Source: Camelus dromedarius (taxonomy: Eukaryota). Taken from it: 64,000 nt of DNA. The notes below the pieces were generated by a model. It saw only the letters and a program-made list of their open reading frames with translations. It did no database searches and was not told where the DNA came from. The position numbers and the translations under genes are program-made. Where the stretch lies: positions 7,442,001-7,506,000 of the forward strand of contig NC_087438.1 in NCBI RefSeq assembly GCF_036321535.1, written 5' to 3'. Below are positions 50,248 to 62,751 of this stretch, one piece after another (within the stretch, counting starts at the first letter, position 1; each line of letters starts with the position of its first letter).

Positions 50248-52008
50248 CCACCCCAGACTACTGAGTCAGAGATGCCGGGAGCCTGGGAGTGCATCCACCC
50301 AAACTCTGCCCTCTCCCCGACACTCAGGCGCCAGCCCTCCCACCTCGATGGCCACTGGTGTCCTGTCGTTACCATCCCCATCCCCCATCCCCCTGCGCCT
50401 TCCCAGTCCCTCAAGGTTAGAAGGCTTCAGAGCTCCCCTCCCCCTGTCTGGGCTGTGCTGCCGTCTATGCTGCTCCCTGTGTGCGTCTCTGGAGGTCACT
50501 CCCGGGGCCCAGGCTCTGTAGATGAGCAGGACCTGAAGGAAGCTCGAAACACCCTGGGGCAGCCCACCATCTGCACCCCCACTTCACCTGCCCAGGAGTC
50601 GAGGAACTGACCTGCCACCAGCTGCTTCCCGGTGGCTGTCCGTCTACCAAGCGCCTCTCGGGACACACTGATTAGACCCTGTTGATGAGGGTGCTGGTGT
50701 TTGACTAGAAGGATGTTATACGACAGTGAAAACCAGTTAAGTCAGCTTGGTAGAAACAGCGACATGGAAAATACTCTGCTTTATTAGACCAGCCTGGCTC
50801 TTCTCCCAGAAAAGCATACGGGGAAGAAGATGGTTGGCTTGCTTAATTAAACCGAATGACAATATGCATATTCTAAGCTGTGTGGGGACAGGTCTTTGGA
50901 GACAGACAGACAAAGGTCTGGCCCTGGCTCTGTTACATGTTTTCTTTGTGATGCTGGCAGTGTGAGTCATTTCCTTACAGAAGATGGGTCTCTGTATGAA
51001 CGCTGCCCACCCCTGCCAGTCCTGGGCAGAGAAATGCTGGGGGCCACTCTGACCACAGACTTTGTGTTCATTGCCTTGATTGACAGTCCTCAGAGATTCT
51101 CCATCTCTTCTCTGCCTCCATGCCCTCCCGTTGATCAGGAATGTCTCTCAAGAACCCTAGTGATTCTCAATGGAAGGTAGATCAGCATAATATCGTCTGC
51201 AGTGGGGTGAGGAGAAACGTGTGTTTTAAAAACCTTCCGAGTTCTAACATCCCCCCTGGAAGAATCAGGCCCAAGCCCTTGAGCCCCGGGCCCCGTGGGA
51301 GCCGCAGTTCTGGCCTTGGACCATGCAGAGTCTCTAAACAGGTGGAGAGGTGACCTCAGCTCCTGGCCCCTAGGGCCGCACTACCAACATGGTTGGTGGA
51401 CTCTATGCTGTGTGCTTGGCTTAGCTGCTGTGGTGTCCTCAGTGCCCGGGACCGTGTCCCAGACCAGCTTGGTCAAGATCTTTCCAACCATGGAAGAAGG
51501 AAGAAGGGTAGCCCTTAGGATAAACGATACATTTCTCCCCAGAGCCTAAATGAAGACTGGCCAAGAGTCCACCCTCAGGCCTTCTGAGAGGAGAACTTAG
51601 AACTGGGTTTCCATGCAGTGAAAGTGCAATCTAGTCCTTCAGGATTTCTCCCCTTTTGTAATCTGGCCCAGTAAAGACCTTCAAGAGGAATGGGTTTCAA
51701 ATGTCTCCTAGGGTTACCCATCCTGAGAGCAAGACTTAGACATCTCTGAGGTGCCAACCAGCGTTTGACAACCTGAGGACTTGAGTATTCCTCCAGCTGT
51801 GGGGGCCCTGCCCCACCTGGGATGACGTCTGCTGTGGGTTGACGGGAGCCGTGTAAGCAGAGGGACATCTGACCTTTTCTCTGAGGAGACAGAGGACACC
51901 AGAGACGGCCTGGGTAGTCAGAGGGTGGGGGGTGAGAATTAGATGGGTACAGGATGAATTGAGTGTGGAAATGACAGTGGAGTGTTCTGGTCTTTCAAGA
52001 TGGTGGTG

Positions 52009-52816
52009 TATGAGGTATCACCTCACACCAGTCAGAATGGCCATCATCAAAAAGAACACAAATAACAAGTGTTGGGGAGGATGTGGAGAAAACGGAACCC
52101 TTGTACACTGTTGGTGGGGATGTAAATTGGTGCAGCCACTGTGGAAACTAGTATGGAGGTTTATCAAAAACTAAAAACAGAATTACCATATGACCCAGCA
52201 ATCCTACTCCTGAGTATATATCTGAAAAAAAAAAAAAACATTCATTTGAAAAGGTACATGCACCGCATGCTCATAACAGTATTATTTACAATTGCCAAGA
52301 TGTAGAGGCAATCTAAGTGTCCATCAACAGATGACTGGATAAAGAAACTGTGGTATATGTAATGGAATACTCTTCAGCCATAAGAAAGAATGAAATTTTG
52401 CCATTTGCAGCAACATGAATGGACTTGGAGGGTGTTATGCTACATGAAATATGTCAGACTGAGACAGACAAATACTGTATGATATGACTTATATGCTGAA
52501 TCTTAAAAAATACCACAAACTAGTGAATATAACACAAAAGAAGCAGACTCACAGATACAGAGAACAAACGTGGTTACCAGTAGGGAGAGGGAAACGGGGG
52601 GGGAACAATATAGGGGTAGGGGATTAAGAGGTACAAACTATTAGGTATAAAATAGGCCAGAAAGATGTATTGTACAACATGGGGAATATAACCAATATTT
52701 TATAATAACCATAAATGGGGTATAACCTGTAAAAATTGTGAGTTACTATATTATACACCTATAACTTCTATAACATTACTGTACATCAACTATACTTCAA
52801 TAAAAAATAAAAAAAA
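52009..52816 (+). mobile_element. 5'-truncated LINE-1 (end of ORF2, 3'UTR, poly-A)
   Basis: Translates [15 protein letters not shown]...[26 protein letters not shown] (L1 ORF2 C-terminal region); ends CAATAAAAAATAAAAAAAA. Confidence 0.92.
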
Positions 52817-53019
52817 TTGGCGGTGAAAAGCATAGAACTTGGTGTCAGATTGATCTTAGCATTGCTACCTACTAGCTATGTAAACTAAGTTATTTTACCA
52901 TACTAAGCCGTAGTTTCCTCATCTGTGTAACAGTAATAATATCAACATCTACCAAGTAGACTTGCTGTGAGTGCCTGGTACCTAGGAAGTGCTCAGTAAG
53001 TGTGAGGAGGAGGATGACA

Positions 53020-53083
53020 GTGGTGGTGATGGTGGTGATGATGGTGGTGATAGTGATGGTGGTGGTGGTGGTGATGATGGTGA
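53020..53083. repeat. (GGT/GAT)n trinucleotide repeat
   Basis: Directly visible. Confidence 0.9.
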
Positions 53084-54700
53084 TTTAGGCTCAAAATCTC
53101 TTCCTGTAGATTATCTCTCTACTTGGATGCATTTGTGATTCATGAAAAATAGTAACTCTAGTTAAGTTTAGATAGTTTAAACAGAGTGTTAATTAACAAA
53201 TGCCCATTTATCATTGCCGTCTTGTGTTCAGGTTATCTAATTGTCCTTGAAGAAAATACTCTGTGTATCGACGTAATGCCAATTCTCTTTCTTAGACACT
53301 GCAGTTTTGTGCCTGCACATTAATAACCTTGGTATTTGCCTCGTTTCCAAGGAAGACTTTTTTGGAGGGGGGAAGCTTTTGATACATTAAGAGACTCTAT
53401 GAGAATTGTTAAATAACGTAACCTATTAACTAGAAAAAAATTAGTATTAAGGCAGGAAAAGCTTTAGCTGTGAAACCCAAACAATAAATATATGAAGGAG
53501 TTTCTTAGTTATGTTAACTGGCGTGATGGGCTTAGCTCCGTCTTAGGGCTGTTAAAGATACATGGCGTGACATTACACGTAATTTGAGGGGATGCCCTTA
53601 CTATGCTTTATGGAAATCTGACTGGTTACCCCAAGCACTGTTTCTTAGATTTTGTTTATGTTTTGTTTTTTGGGTTACTGTTGTTTTTGTTCAGAGGTCC
53701 TTTCTGCTCCTAAAATCCGCCTTCGTAGGTCCAGTTTGTACTTGGCTGAGAGCTGGCACTTGTCAGGATGTACGCTTCTCACTCCGGTCCCACGAGGTGA
53801 GGATGGATGTCCACCCACAGTGCTCTGGTTTCCAAATTGCAGCTAGACTGAGACGATTCAGGAGCTACAAACACCCTCATAGCCCTCCTGGTTCTGCTCT
53901 GAGACACCTGACGCTTGCGCGTTGTGGTGCCTGGAACAGACGGAGCCTTAACTCAGTGGAAGAGCTGCTTGTTCACGTTGAGTGACGTCTGCAGCCACGC
54001 GGGGCCTCCACTGCTAGTGACGGCAGCCCGACAAGTAGTGCTTTTTGGAAGTGACTGAACCTGAAAGTTTCTGGCCAACTGACGGACAGAGGTGGGAGCA
54101 TCATTGGTACCCGAGGTAGAGAATTGTCTGATAAAGCTCGTGACTTTTGCAAGCTGTTGTTCCATCTCTGTGATGAAATTTATTTTTCATATACCTTGTG
54201 CCATAATCGAGGGGTCCACGTTGCAGCTAAAAGTAGAACCAAGTCCTGGAACATTTTCAGTCCCGAGAGATGTAAAGGATGCCAGCAGTCCACGTCTACA
54301 ATCTCAGTAGTGCGGAGTTATGGGTAAGCTCCAGGGGTAAGAAATGGCCACGTTCCCCAAGAATTCACAGTAGCCTTCGTCTTTCTGAGATAAAGGAAGG
54401 ATTTGTGCAGGGGCTGCGGGGTGGGGGCTATGCTAGCAGACCGCGATACAAGACTAGGCTAACTCCCAGGCTGAAGGCGATCATTACCTACACGAGCTCC
54501 CCCTCCCCCTACGTCAGGCTTAGCTGCTCCCCTGCAGAATTGCTCACGTTTCCCTCTTCCCCTGAAAGCAGCACTTCCGGATGGGTTAAGACTCACCCTG
54601 TTCCAGCCACGTGTACTGGTGACTCTGAGGTTGATCAGCTTGAGACACACGGTCCATTTGGGAAAACAGGCTGCAATCGTTTGGACAGAAGTTTCTACAT

Positions 54701-54830
54701 CTTCTTCTTTTTTTTTTTTCTTTTTTTTCTTTCTTTTTCTTTTTCTTTTTTTTTAATGGAGGAACTGGAGAATGAACCCAGGACCTCATGCACGCTGAGC
54801 ATGCGCTCTACCACCGAGCTCTGTCCACCC
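54701..54830 (-). mobile_element. Vic-1-like SINE
   Basis: T-rich tail followed by TGAACCCAGGACCTCATGCACGCTGAGCATGCGCTCTACCACCGAGCT. Confidence 0.85.
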
Positions 54831-55238
54831 ACCAGATCTTTGGAGAATATTTAAGTAGCTGAGCCAAAAGCCCGTGCCGTCCCACCTGTCCTAGGTGAGT
54901 GTGCTGCAGAAGCCACGAGGGACGTTTATCTCGGCACTTCTTTGAATCGGTGACTGAGAAAACAACCCCTAAGCCGCAGAGCATTGCATGCTCTCCCTGA
55001 AGGAAAAGGCTTGCTTTATCTAAAATTTTCCATTGTATCCGGGAGCAAATCTGCATCGTAGCAATTTGCTCTTTTCTGCTCCAGGGACTGAAAAGCACAC
55101 ACAAGCTTGAGCTACTGTAGCTGCTTCTACTGAACGTGCCCTTGTCACTGACATACATATAATTTTTTTTTCAAGATTCCAAGATGAGGGGAATTTGCCT
55201 TTAATTGTTTAATTGCATTACTGTAAGGCCAGGACCAT

Positions 55239-55456
55239 TAAGGTTCCTCAGCTTTGGTACTGCTGACGTTTTGGTCTGGATAATTCTTTGTTGTGGGGGC
55301 CGTCCTGTGCATGATGGGGTTTTTATCAGCATCCCTGGCCTCTGCTCACTAGTATCCCCCACTTCCTCTGTAATCCTCAGTTGTGATAACCAAAGCCATC
55401 TTCAGACATTGCCCAGCGTTCTCTGGAGCTACCATTGCCCCCAGTGAAAACCACTG
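55239..55456 (-). mobile_element. MER20
   Basis: GGATAATTCTTTGTTGTGGGGGC.GTCCTGTGCAT...AGCATCCCTGGCCTCT...GTTGTGATAACCAAA. Confidence 0.8.
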
Positions 55457-56003
55457 CCCTAGAGATAATGAAGATCGTTACTGATGCTCTAGGCACAGTT
55501 CATGCTCTCAATGCATCTCTATTTAAAGAACAACACAAACGGGTTTCTGGGAACTTGTGCAGAAGCTGAGCCCTTGTGCTACCAAGTGTCAAACTCTTTC
55601 TTTTAGGTGACCCTCGGCAGCACAGAATGACAATGCTGAAATGTGATTTAAAAAAAAAAAACTCATTCAGGGCTCCTGGGTAGAGTCCCAAATCCTCCAG
55701 ATTATATCAGTTCATTATATCAGATCATGTTGGGTCCTTTCCAGTTGACAAATTGGTTTTTTTTTTTTTTTTGAAAGCATGGCAGTTGGACTTATAATAA
55801 TGTTTAGGATTAAAGGGGAGGATGAGGGAAAAATTATTTTGTCATGCCTGCCTTTAATTGAATTTCAGGATGTCTGTTTGGAAGAGCAAGTTAAATGTTA
55901 GACAGAATGTTGTGAAGGCGTGCAGATGCTTCAACGTGGTTGTAGTGAAAACAGATCCAAGATGCTCCGAGGAGCCCAAGAAAAGTGAACTTCAACAAAC
56001 TCT

Positions 56004-56505
56004 CGAGATGGTCCATTTTATGTGTCAAGTTGGCTGGGCCATGGTGCTTAGATATTTGGTCAAACATTATTCTGGATGTTTCTGTGAGGGTGTTTCTGAT
56101 TGAGATTTACATGTAAATCAGTGGAATTTGAGTGAAACAGAATATCTTCTGTAATGTGGGTGGGCCTCATTCAATCAGTTGAAGGCCTGAAGAGAACGCA
56201 AAAGAAGACAGAATTCTGCCAGAGGGCAGCTTATTAGACTTGACCTGCGTGGGCTCTTCTCTGGCTCTGCAGCCTGCTGGCCCACCTGAAGATTTTGGAC
56301 TTGCCAACCTCCATAATCACTGAGCCAGGAATTTCTGTTTGTTTAAGGAATTTAAAGCAAATATCTCTATCTATCTCTCTGTCTATTTAATCTATCGGCT
56401 ACATATTTCTTTATATCCATTTTATCTATCTATTTGTCCAGCTAGCTAGCTATCCATCATCTTTCTCCTGCTGGTTCTGTTTCTCTGAGAACCCCAGTTA
56501 ATACA
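56004..56505 (+). mobile_element. MLT2 (ERVL) solo LTR
   Basis: TTTTATGTGTCAAGTTGGCTGGGCC...TTTGGTCAAACATTATTCTGGATGTTTCTGTGAGGGTGTTT; end GGTTCTGTTTCTCTGAGAACCC..TAATACA. Confidence 0.8.
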
Positions 56506-56929
56506 AGTACCAAGGATATTTCAAGAATTCCAAATTTCATGGTTCACTATCACCCCCCACTCACCCCCCACTCCATTCTTCTGGAACATATGGTTGTAGA
56601 CGCCTCCTGGGAGGGTTAGGAAATGCTTGGTTTTTTTGTTTGTTTGTTTGTTTTGTGGTTTTTTTTTTTTTTTTGTCTTTATGCTACAGAGGCCAGCAGG
56701 TTGCCAAGTCTTGGGGGAAAAAAGTTGACTTTGGGGTTTGCCAAAAGAAGCATTTAACCAGCACGGCAGCTGTGAAGTTAGAAAAAAGCCTCAGAACAGC
56801 AGAAGAACATCACAGGCTGCCGAGGCAGGAGGTAGAGGTTTTAAAAATAATTCATTAATTAAAAACACGCTGGGTCTGGCAATAATTCTCATCTCCCCAG
56901 GCCCTCCGCCCAACCCTGCCCTTTCTGCA

Positions 56930-57490
56930 GGTGCCGGAGCCCGGTGCCTATCCGGGCCAGGCGGTGCCCCCCGCGTCGCGGGGGCCTGTCGCACCAGCAG
57001 CTTTGCTCCCATGCACACATGCGCTCACGGCGTCCACACCCAACTTGTGGAACAACCAAGACCAAGCTCGGGCGCAGGCTTTTCCCGGCCGGCGTGCGCT
57101 TGCGCCCACTTGACGCAGCGTTCGCGAGCGTAACCCACAAGCGTGCCCAAAAAGCTCCTCTCAGCGCCTGGTTTTCTCTGCACCTGCTCCTCAGCCTCTT
57201 CCTGGCATTTGCCTTAATTGGGTGGAATCTCATGGTGTTTCTGGACCTGAATCATAAATTCACAGCAACCACAGTAATGATGAAAAATTAACGTCGCCTG
57301 AGTGCTCACACAGCCCCATCGGGGAGGTTCCCGAGGGGTCCTCTTGGTGGTGAGGAAGCTGAGCCCAGAGAGTAAAGTCCAGCTGCCCGGGTCCTGCAGG
57401 TACCAGGTGGGACGTGGACTTTGAGGGCCACACTTACTCCTGGGCTGCGCGCGCTGCCGGCCGACGTAGCTCCACTGGGGCCGACTGGTT
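56930..57490. promoter_or_regulatory. Intergenic CpG-rich patch (possible enhancer or orphan promoter)
   Basis: Local CpG enrichment in non-repeat DNA, with NRF1-like TGCGCTTGCGC (57095-57105) and TGACGCA (57111-57117). Confidence 0.4.
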
Positions 57491-58499
57491 TGAGGAGTGG
57501 AGCTGGGGCGGTCCCCAGAAACGGACAGGCATGATGCTACAAGCGGGGGCCTGAGGACCAGCACAAGTTCTAATTCGGCCCCTGTCTTTCTCCCTGGACC
57601 CGGGGAAGAAAGGTCTCAGGGCTTCTCATCCCACGAGGAGGAGACGTGCTGAAAAGGGACTGGTCTCCCCAGGTCCGGCCAGGGCAGTGGAGGGCCTCAC
57701 ACGTGACACAGCAGGGGTCTGGCCAGAAGGTGTCTGCTTCTTAGGCGATGGGGGCGGGGTGGGACACAGGGCTCAGGGCTCCAGGGGTGGCAGCCAGATG
57801 AGGTGGAGGCACAGAAAGATGATGTGCTCCTCTCCACAAGCTCACGAGGCTGGAATCCATCCCATAGCACTTGTAAGTTATGAGCGGATTTCTTGCTGAA
57901 ACCATTCAAGGGCTAGGCTTTGTACTGGGGTCACTTGAGTCCAAACATTTGTGTACAAGTTTTTGCAGGAGCCAGGGGCAAAAGCCAGCCTTGACCTCTG
58001 GGTCCCATGTGGTCCCTAGGGGTCTTTTGGGTCCTCAGGATGCCCATCTCTGTACACTGCCCACTAACCAGGCCTCCTGCCTCCTCTCTGCTTCCTCGCT
58101 GTTGCTCCTGCACACAGTCTAGATTGGCATTGCACCAACCATCCCTTACTGGAATCTTCTCTCCCTGCCAGCCAAGTATCTCTGCACCCTCCCAGCATGC
58201 TGTCCAGGTTGGAAGCCCTGTTCTATTGATACCAGTATTACATTAACCAGGAGAGTAATGCCCACAATTTCTTTTCATCCTTACAAAACTTACGTGATGG
58301 CCCAATTAGACAGGTGGGGAACTTAGGTCCAGAGATGCTAATTTAGGAACTTCTGACTCTAGCAAGGTCAAGGTTTGAACTGAGCAGGTGGGAGCTTGCC
58401 CCCGTGCGATGCCTACCACCCCACTGCCTTCCTCAAGTGCCCCATTGCCACCTTACAGTTACTGGTGAATCTGCTCCAGCCAGTGCTTTCTGTGTGGCT

Positions 58500-59262
58500 C
58501 CCATTTAAAGTGAATCATTCCACGGGTCTAGTGTGAGCATCTTCTCAGTTGATTTTAGAACATTCCATCATCTCAAAAAGATACCCTCTTTCCTTTAACT
58601 ATCACCCCCCCATCCTCCCTGCCCCCCCACCAGTCCTGAATAGCCATTGTCTCTAGATATTTCCCTATTCTGAACATTTCACATAAATGGAATCATATGT
58701 GGTCTTTTGTGGCTGGCTTCGTTCACTGAGCATGTTTTCCAGGTTCATTCGTGTTGTACCACATATTAGTGCTGCATTCCTTTTAATGGCCAAATAATAT
58801 CCCATTGTATCACATTTTGTGTGTGCATATGTATTTTGTTTATTCTTTCTTCGGTGGATGGACATCTTTGAGTTGTTTCTACTTTTTGGCTATCAAGTAT
58901 AATGCTGCCCTAAACATCTATGTACAAGTTTTTATATAGACATGTTTTCATTTCTTTCGGATAGATAGCTAGGAATAGATGTTCTGGGTCATGTGGGAAC
59001 TCTGTTTAATTGTTTGAGGAGTGGCCAGGCTGTTTCCCTAGTGGCTGCCCCATTTTACATTCTCTGCATGGGGCACTGTCTGAGGGTTATGATTTCTCCC
59101 CATCCTCATCAGCACTGGTTATTATTTGACTTTTTGATTCTAGTCGCCTTCGTGGATGTGAAGTGGTATCTCATTGGGATTTTGACTGGCATTTCTCTGG
59201 GGATGTGTGATATCAAGCGTTTTCTCAGGTGCTTATTGGCCCCTTGTACATCTTCCCTGGAC
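58500..59262 (-). mobile_element. Old LINE-1 (L1M) fragment
   Basis: Minus-strand remnants MRYHFTSTKATRIKKSNNNQC and TMGYYLAIKRN...MNLENMLSERSQ. Confidence 0.85.
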
Positions 59263-59673
59263 GAACCTTTGCTAACAGTGACTTTTGACCTGGGCACTGA
59301 GCTTCAGTCTTCCCCTCTGTAAAATGGGATGACCACCGCCCATGGAGCAGTCTTACAGAAGACAAGATGTGGGCTCTAGACCCACTTGACTCGGACCGGA
59401 GGACAAGCGCAGTTGGGAGCTCCTGGAACAGGGGGTAGACGGCCCCCTGCAGCCCGGAGACACCCGTCTCTTCGCACCTCTGCCTAACTCTCCTCCCTGC
59501 CCCACCGCACACAGGTTTTCACCGCTCCATGGCCAGCAACACTGTTATAAAATCTGCGGTGGGTGAAGCGCTGTCACGGTAAAGTTTATTCAGAAAAGCA
59601 ACTTACCAAATGAACAGCCATCCAAATGGTGTGACCTAGGAGCGAGGTTTCTCAATTTTCAGTATCTGGTTGA

Positions 59674-60132
59674 TGTCCTGGGTTGAAGAGTGTCCCCCAA
59701 GAAGATATGTTCAAGTCCTAAGCCCTAATATCTCTGCATATGATCTGATTTGGAAAGAGGGTCCTTGCAGATTTAATTCATTAGGATGAGGTCATGCTGG
59801 ATCAGGGTGGACCCTAGTCTAATGACTGTTGTCCTTACAAGAAGAGGAAATTTGGACACAGATATGCAGGAAGGCGAGCATGTTAACAACAAAAGCAGAG
59901 ACTGGATTTATGCTGCAAGAAACCAGAGGTCTCTGAGCACTGCCTGCAGCTGCCAAAAGCAGGAAGAAGCAGAGAATGACTATTAATACCTTGGGCCCTC
60001 GAGGGCGCGTGGCCCTGCTGACACCGTCACTGTGAACCTCTAGACTCTGGAGCCGTGAGGTAACACATCTCCATTGTTTTAAGCCACCCCATGAGTGGTG
60101 TTCTGCTGTGGCAGCAGTAGGAGACTGGTGCA
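59674..60132 (+). mobile_element. MLT1B/C-like MaLR solo LTR
   Basis: GATATGTTCAAGTCCTAA, GGGTCCTTGCAGAT and TGTTTTAAGCCACCC motifs; 5-bp TSD GTTGA/GGTGA. Confidence 0.8.
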
Positions 60133-60909
60133 GGTGACAGTGACGTTAGTAGCAATGGGGGAGCCCTGGGCGGCAGTTCTGCACCATGTTTTTTGTGTCT
60201 TTGGCATTTCTATTCACCAGCATTAATGTACGAGGATGAATCTCTACCCAGTGGCATTAAGTTAGTAAGATCCCCATTCTGTCCTCAATTTAGTGAGGGA
60301 GATGGATACGTGAGTACAAACAGTAGCATCCAGAGGTGACACCAAGGGCTAAGGAGAGGCCAGGGTTGTTGAGACACGCAGTTTCTGGCCACACCTGGAC
60401 CCCTGCTCTGCTCAGAGCCCCAGGGCTGCACCAGGTCCTCCTGGGGTGAGCACACCTCAGGGGGCCTTCCCAGCTCAAATCTGTGGTCTGATTCTGGATC
60501 TTGAGGCTTGATAATTGAGATTATTTCCTCATTCTGCTCATAAGGGTTACAGGAGCACTTTGGGTAAATTGGATGAGTGTCCTATTCATCAGACGCTGCT
60601 CGCAGCCACCCTGGGCTTCCGAGTAACAACGCCGTCTTAGTCTGCTCCCGGGGGCCTTCCCAGCACAGGGCCAGCTGCTGGGCCCAAGGACTACATTTTA
60701 ATCACCTGCATTAAGCGTCTCCATGTTATGACATTTGAAAGCAGACGATTAGACTCGAGGTGCCAGGTGTCCAATAGTTCGGCTTTGTGTCTGGGAAACA
60801 ATTTGTGAAAATACGCCTCATTTTTGCATGTTCGTATTTCTACTGAAACCATCTGGCAACCCTAGTGAAATGAGAAGGAGAAACTCTGAAATATAAGAAG
60901 AAACAAACC

Positions 60910-62637
60910 ATGAGAAGAAATGCAGGAGCTTTATTATAATCATTATTATTCTTGAAGTTAATGACTTGACAGACTCATTCAGGAGAACATTTTGCTTTCC
61001 AGTGAGCTAGAGCCCACAGACACACACCAGATGTAGCTGAAGGGACATGAAAAATGCACCTTGGGAAACAGCACGGCGCTCCTGGCTGCGACACTGAAGA
61101 GTGTCAAGGATGCGTCTTCATCTCTGCAGCGGAGGGTGCAACAGTCCGCAGACCTGACCTAGCGCCGCCCGCTCTCAGCATCCTTCTGAGATGCCGCCTG
61201 CCCACCCAGTTTGCATCACCAAAAGCCAGCCTCAGTCTACAGCAATATCTCAGCAATTAAGAAATACAGGGTGTGACTACACGGTGCCTTGAGGGTGAGA
61301 CCCCAGCTTCTTCAAGTCAAGGAGATGGGAAATCAAACATTATCTTTAGAATGTGAAGCAGTGCCGGCTTTGCCCACAGGGAAGGGCGCGAGGTGGGTCA
61401 GCTAGGTGCGGGCTGCTCACACTGCCGACCTGCGGCAAATACCATGCTGGTGAGCTGGACAGTTGGGCCGTACCCTCTCCCAAAGCACCTGCTCTGGGCG
61501 ATTTGAACATTTGAGTAAAAGAGCCCTTTGGCTTTTCAGAATAGCCAGGCACTGGATAGCCATGAGCCGGCGAGCAGTCTAGCGCGGCTCTGGGCAGGAA
61601 ACACAGGCAGAGCACACAGGACAGCTGTGGTGCCCAAATGACAGTGGGCCCAGGCAAATGTGCCCTCGGGCAGGGGGAATTCCAGACACTTGGACTGACG
61701 GACGAATAGGCTTTCAAATGGTATGTGGTATTTCTGCTTTTCCCTAGGGAGACAAAGGGTGGCTTTTCACCTGTCTTTCCATAAATGCTCAGCACTCTTG
61801 CTCTCGGGTTCCAGAATTGGCAGTGTGTCTACTCCTCCACCTGGTCAGCGATCACTCCCAGAACTCCAAGGCAGCTCTAGAGGTGATGACTAAAAAATGC
61901 AGGTTTGCCGCGATTTCCCGGCGAGCCTGTCTGGATGGCAGGGCAGTGCGGGACTTGGGACCCGCACTGAGAGATCTCATTCTGGCAGTCCTCCCTTTGG
62001 GCAAATTTTTCAGCAAGAGGACTCCTGTAATAAAAGAGCCGTTTCAAAGCTGGGAGCTTTTCTTTGGCTTTCCCCGGAGTACCTGTCGTCACCCTGTGCT
62101 GTGATCCCTCATCACACAAGGGAGGGAGGTTCAGGGATGCTGTTGCCTGTTTCAAAAGTCCTCCCCACTCAGACTTTCTGTGATTAATGCCTTCACCTCT
62201 CTCCCCACGAGGTGTTAAGACTTTATGGTCCTTTTACTAAAAAGCATGAGATTGAGCTTTCCCCTGACCTCATTCTAACCCTCCCAAATTTGAGCCTGCC
62301 TGTTTTGAAGACCACTGGCAGGGAAACTGATGAACCAGAACTGAAGCTAAACTCTGAACAACTTCATTTCACGCAGGTCTTTCCAAGTTCTGCTAATGGC
62401 ACGTGCAGGGTCACAATGATCCTCAAAGGACACCAGCCAGGACTCCCTGGAAACAAGGGTTGGGGCCTGATTCTGATTTAGATATGGACATTTAAGGCAA
62501 AGGAAGGGGCACTTTGTTTTGACTTAGGTTTCCCAATGGAGCAACGTTTTGAAGAAAATGCCAGTTCTCTTTGCCAGGGAACTACCGAGTGTCGGGGTAC
62601 TGAGGCACGGCTGGTGAGGGCGCTGGGTCCTCGCCGG
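60910..62637 (-). other. DAP: DAP 3'UTR (~1.7 kb)
   Basis: Runs from the DAP stop codon to just past the minus-strand AATAAA; no obvious repeats. Confidence 0.75.
60930..60935 (-). terminator. DAP: DAP polyadenylation signal AATAAA
   Basis: TTTATT on + strand; the minus strand reads AATAAA-GCTCCTGCATTTCTTCTCA followed by GU/U-rich TGGTTTGTTTCTTCTT. Confidence 0.75.
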
Positions 62638-62751
62638 TCACTTGCGAGGCTGCTGGATGTGCTGGGTTCTCGGAGAAGAATGCTTGTCCATGGAGGCATG
62701 GGGCTTCTGATGAGCCACCTGGGCAGCTGCCGGGGGGAAGTCTTTGTCGCC
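62638..62751 (-). CDS. DAP: DAP (death-associated protein 1) terminal coding exon: GDKDFPPAAAQVAHQKPHASMDKHSSPRTQHIQQPRK*
   Basis: Manual minus-strand translation after acceptor ...tctcccaacag| (CT on + at 62752-62753) gives 37 codons plus TGA, matching the known DAP C-terminus (...HIQQPRK). The tail-to-tail arrangement with ANKRD33B matches known synteny. Confidence 0.96.
   Translation of the reverse strand, partial: GDKDFPPAAAQVAHQKPHASMDKHSSPRTQHIQQPRK

Noticed and set aside
51932..52174. 80-aa ORF with a Cys/Trp-rich motif
   Set aside because: It is the ORF2 C-terminal remnant of a truncated L1, not a host gene.
62524..62640. Possible stop-codon read-through of DAP (TGA-C context)
   Set aside because: The context is TGA CCG, not the strong TGA CTAG motif, and the extension shows no recognisable feature.
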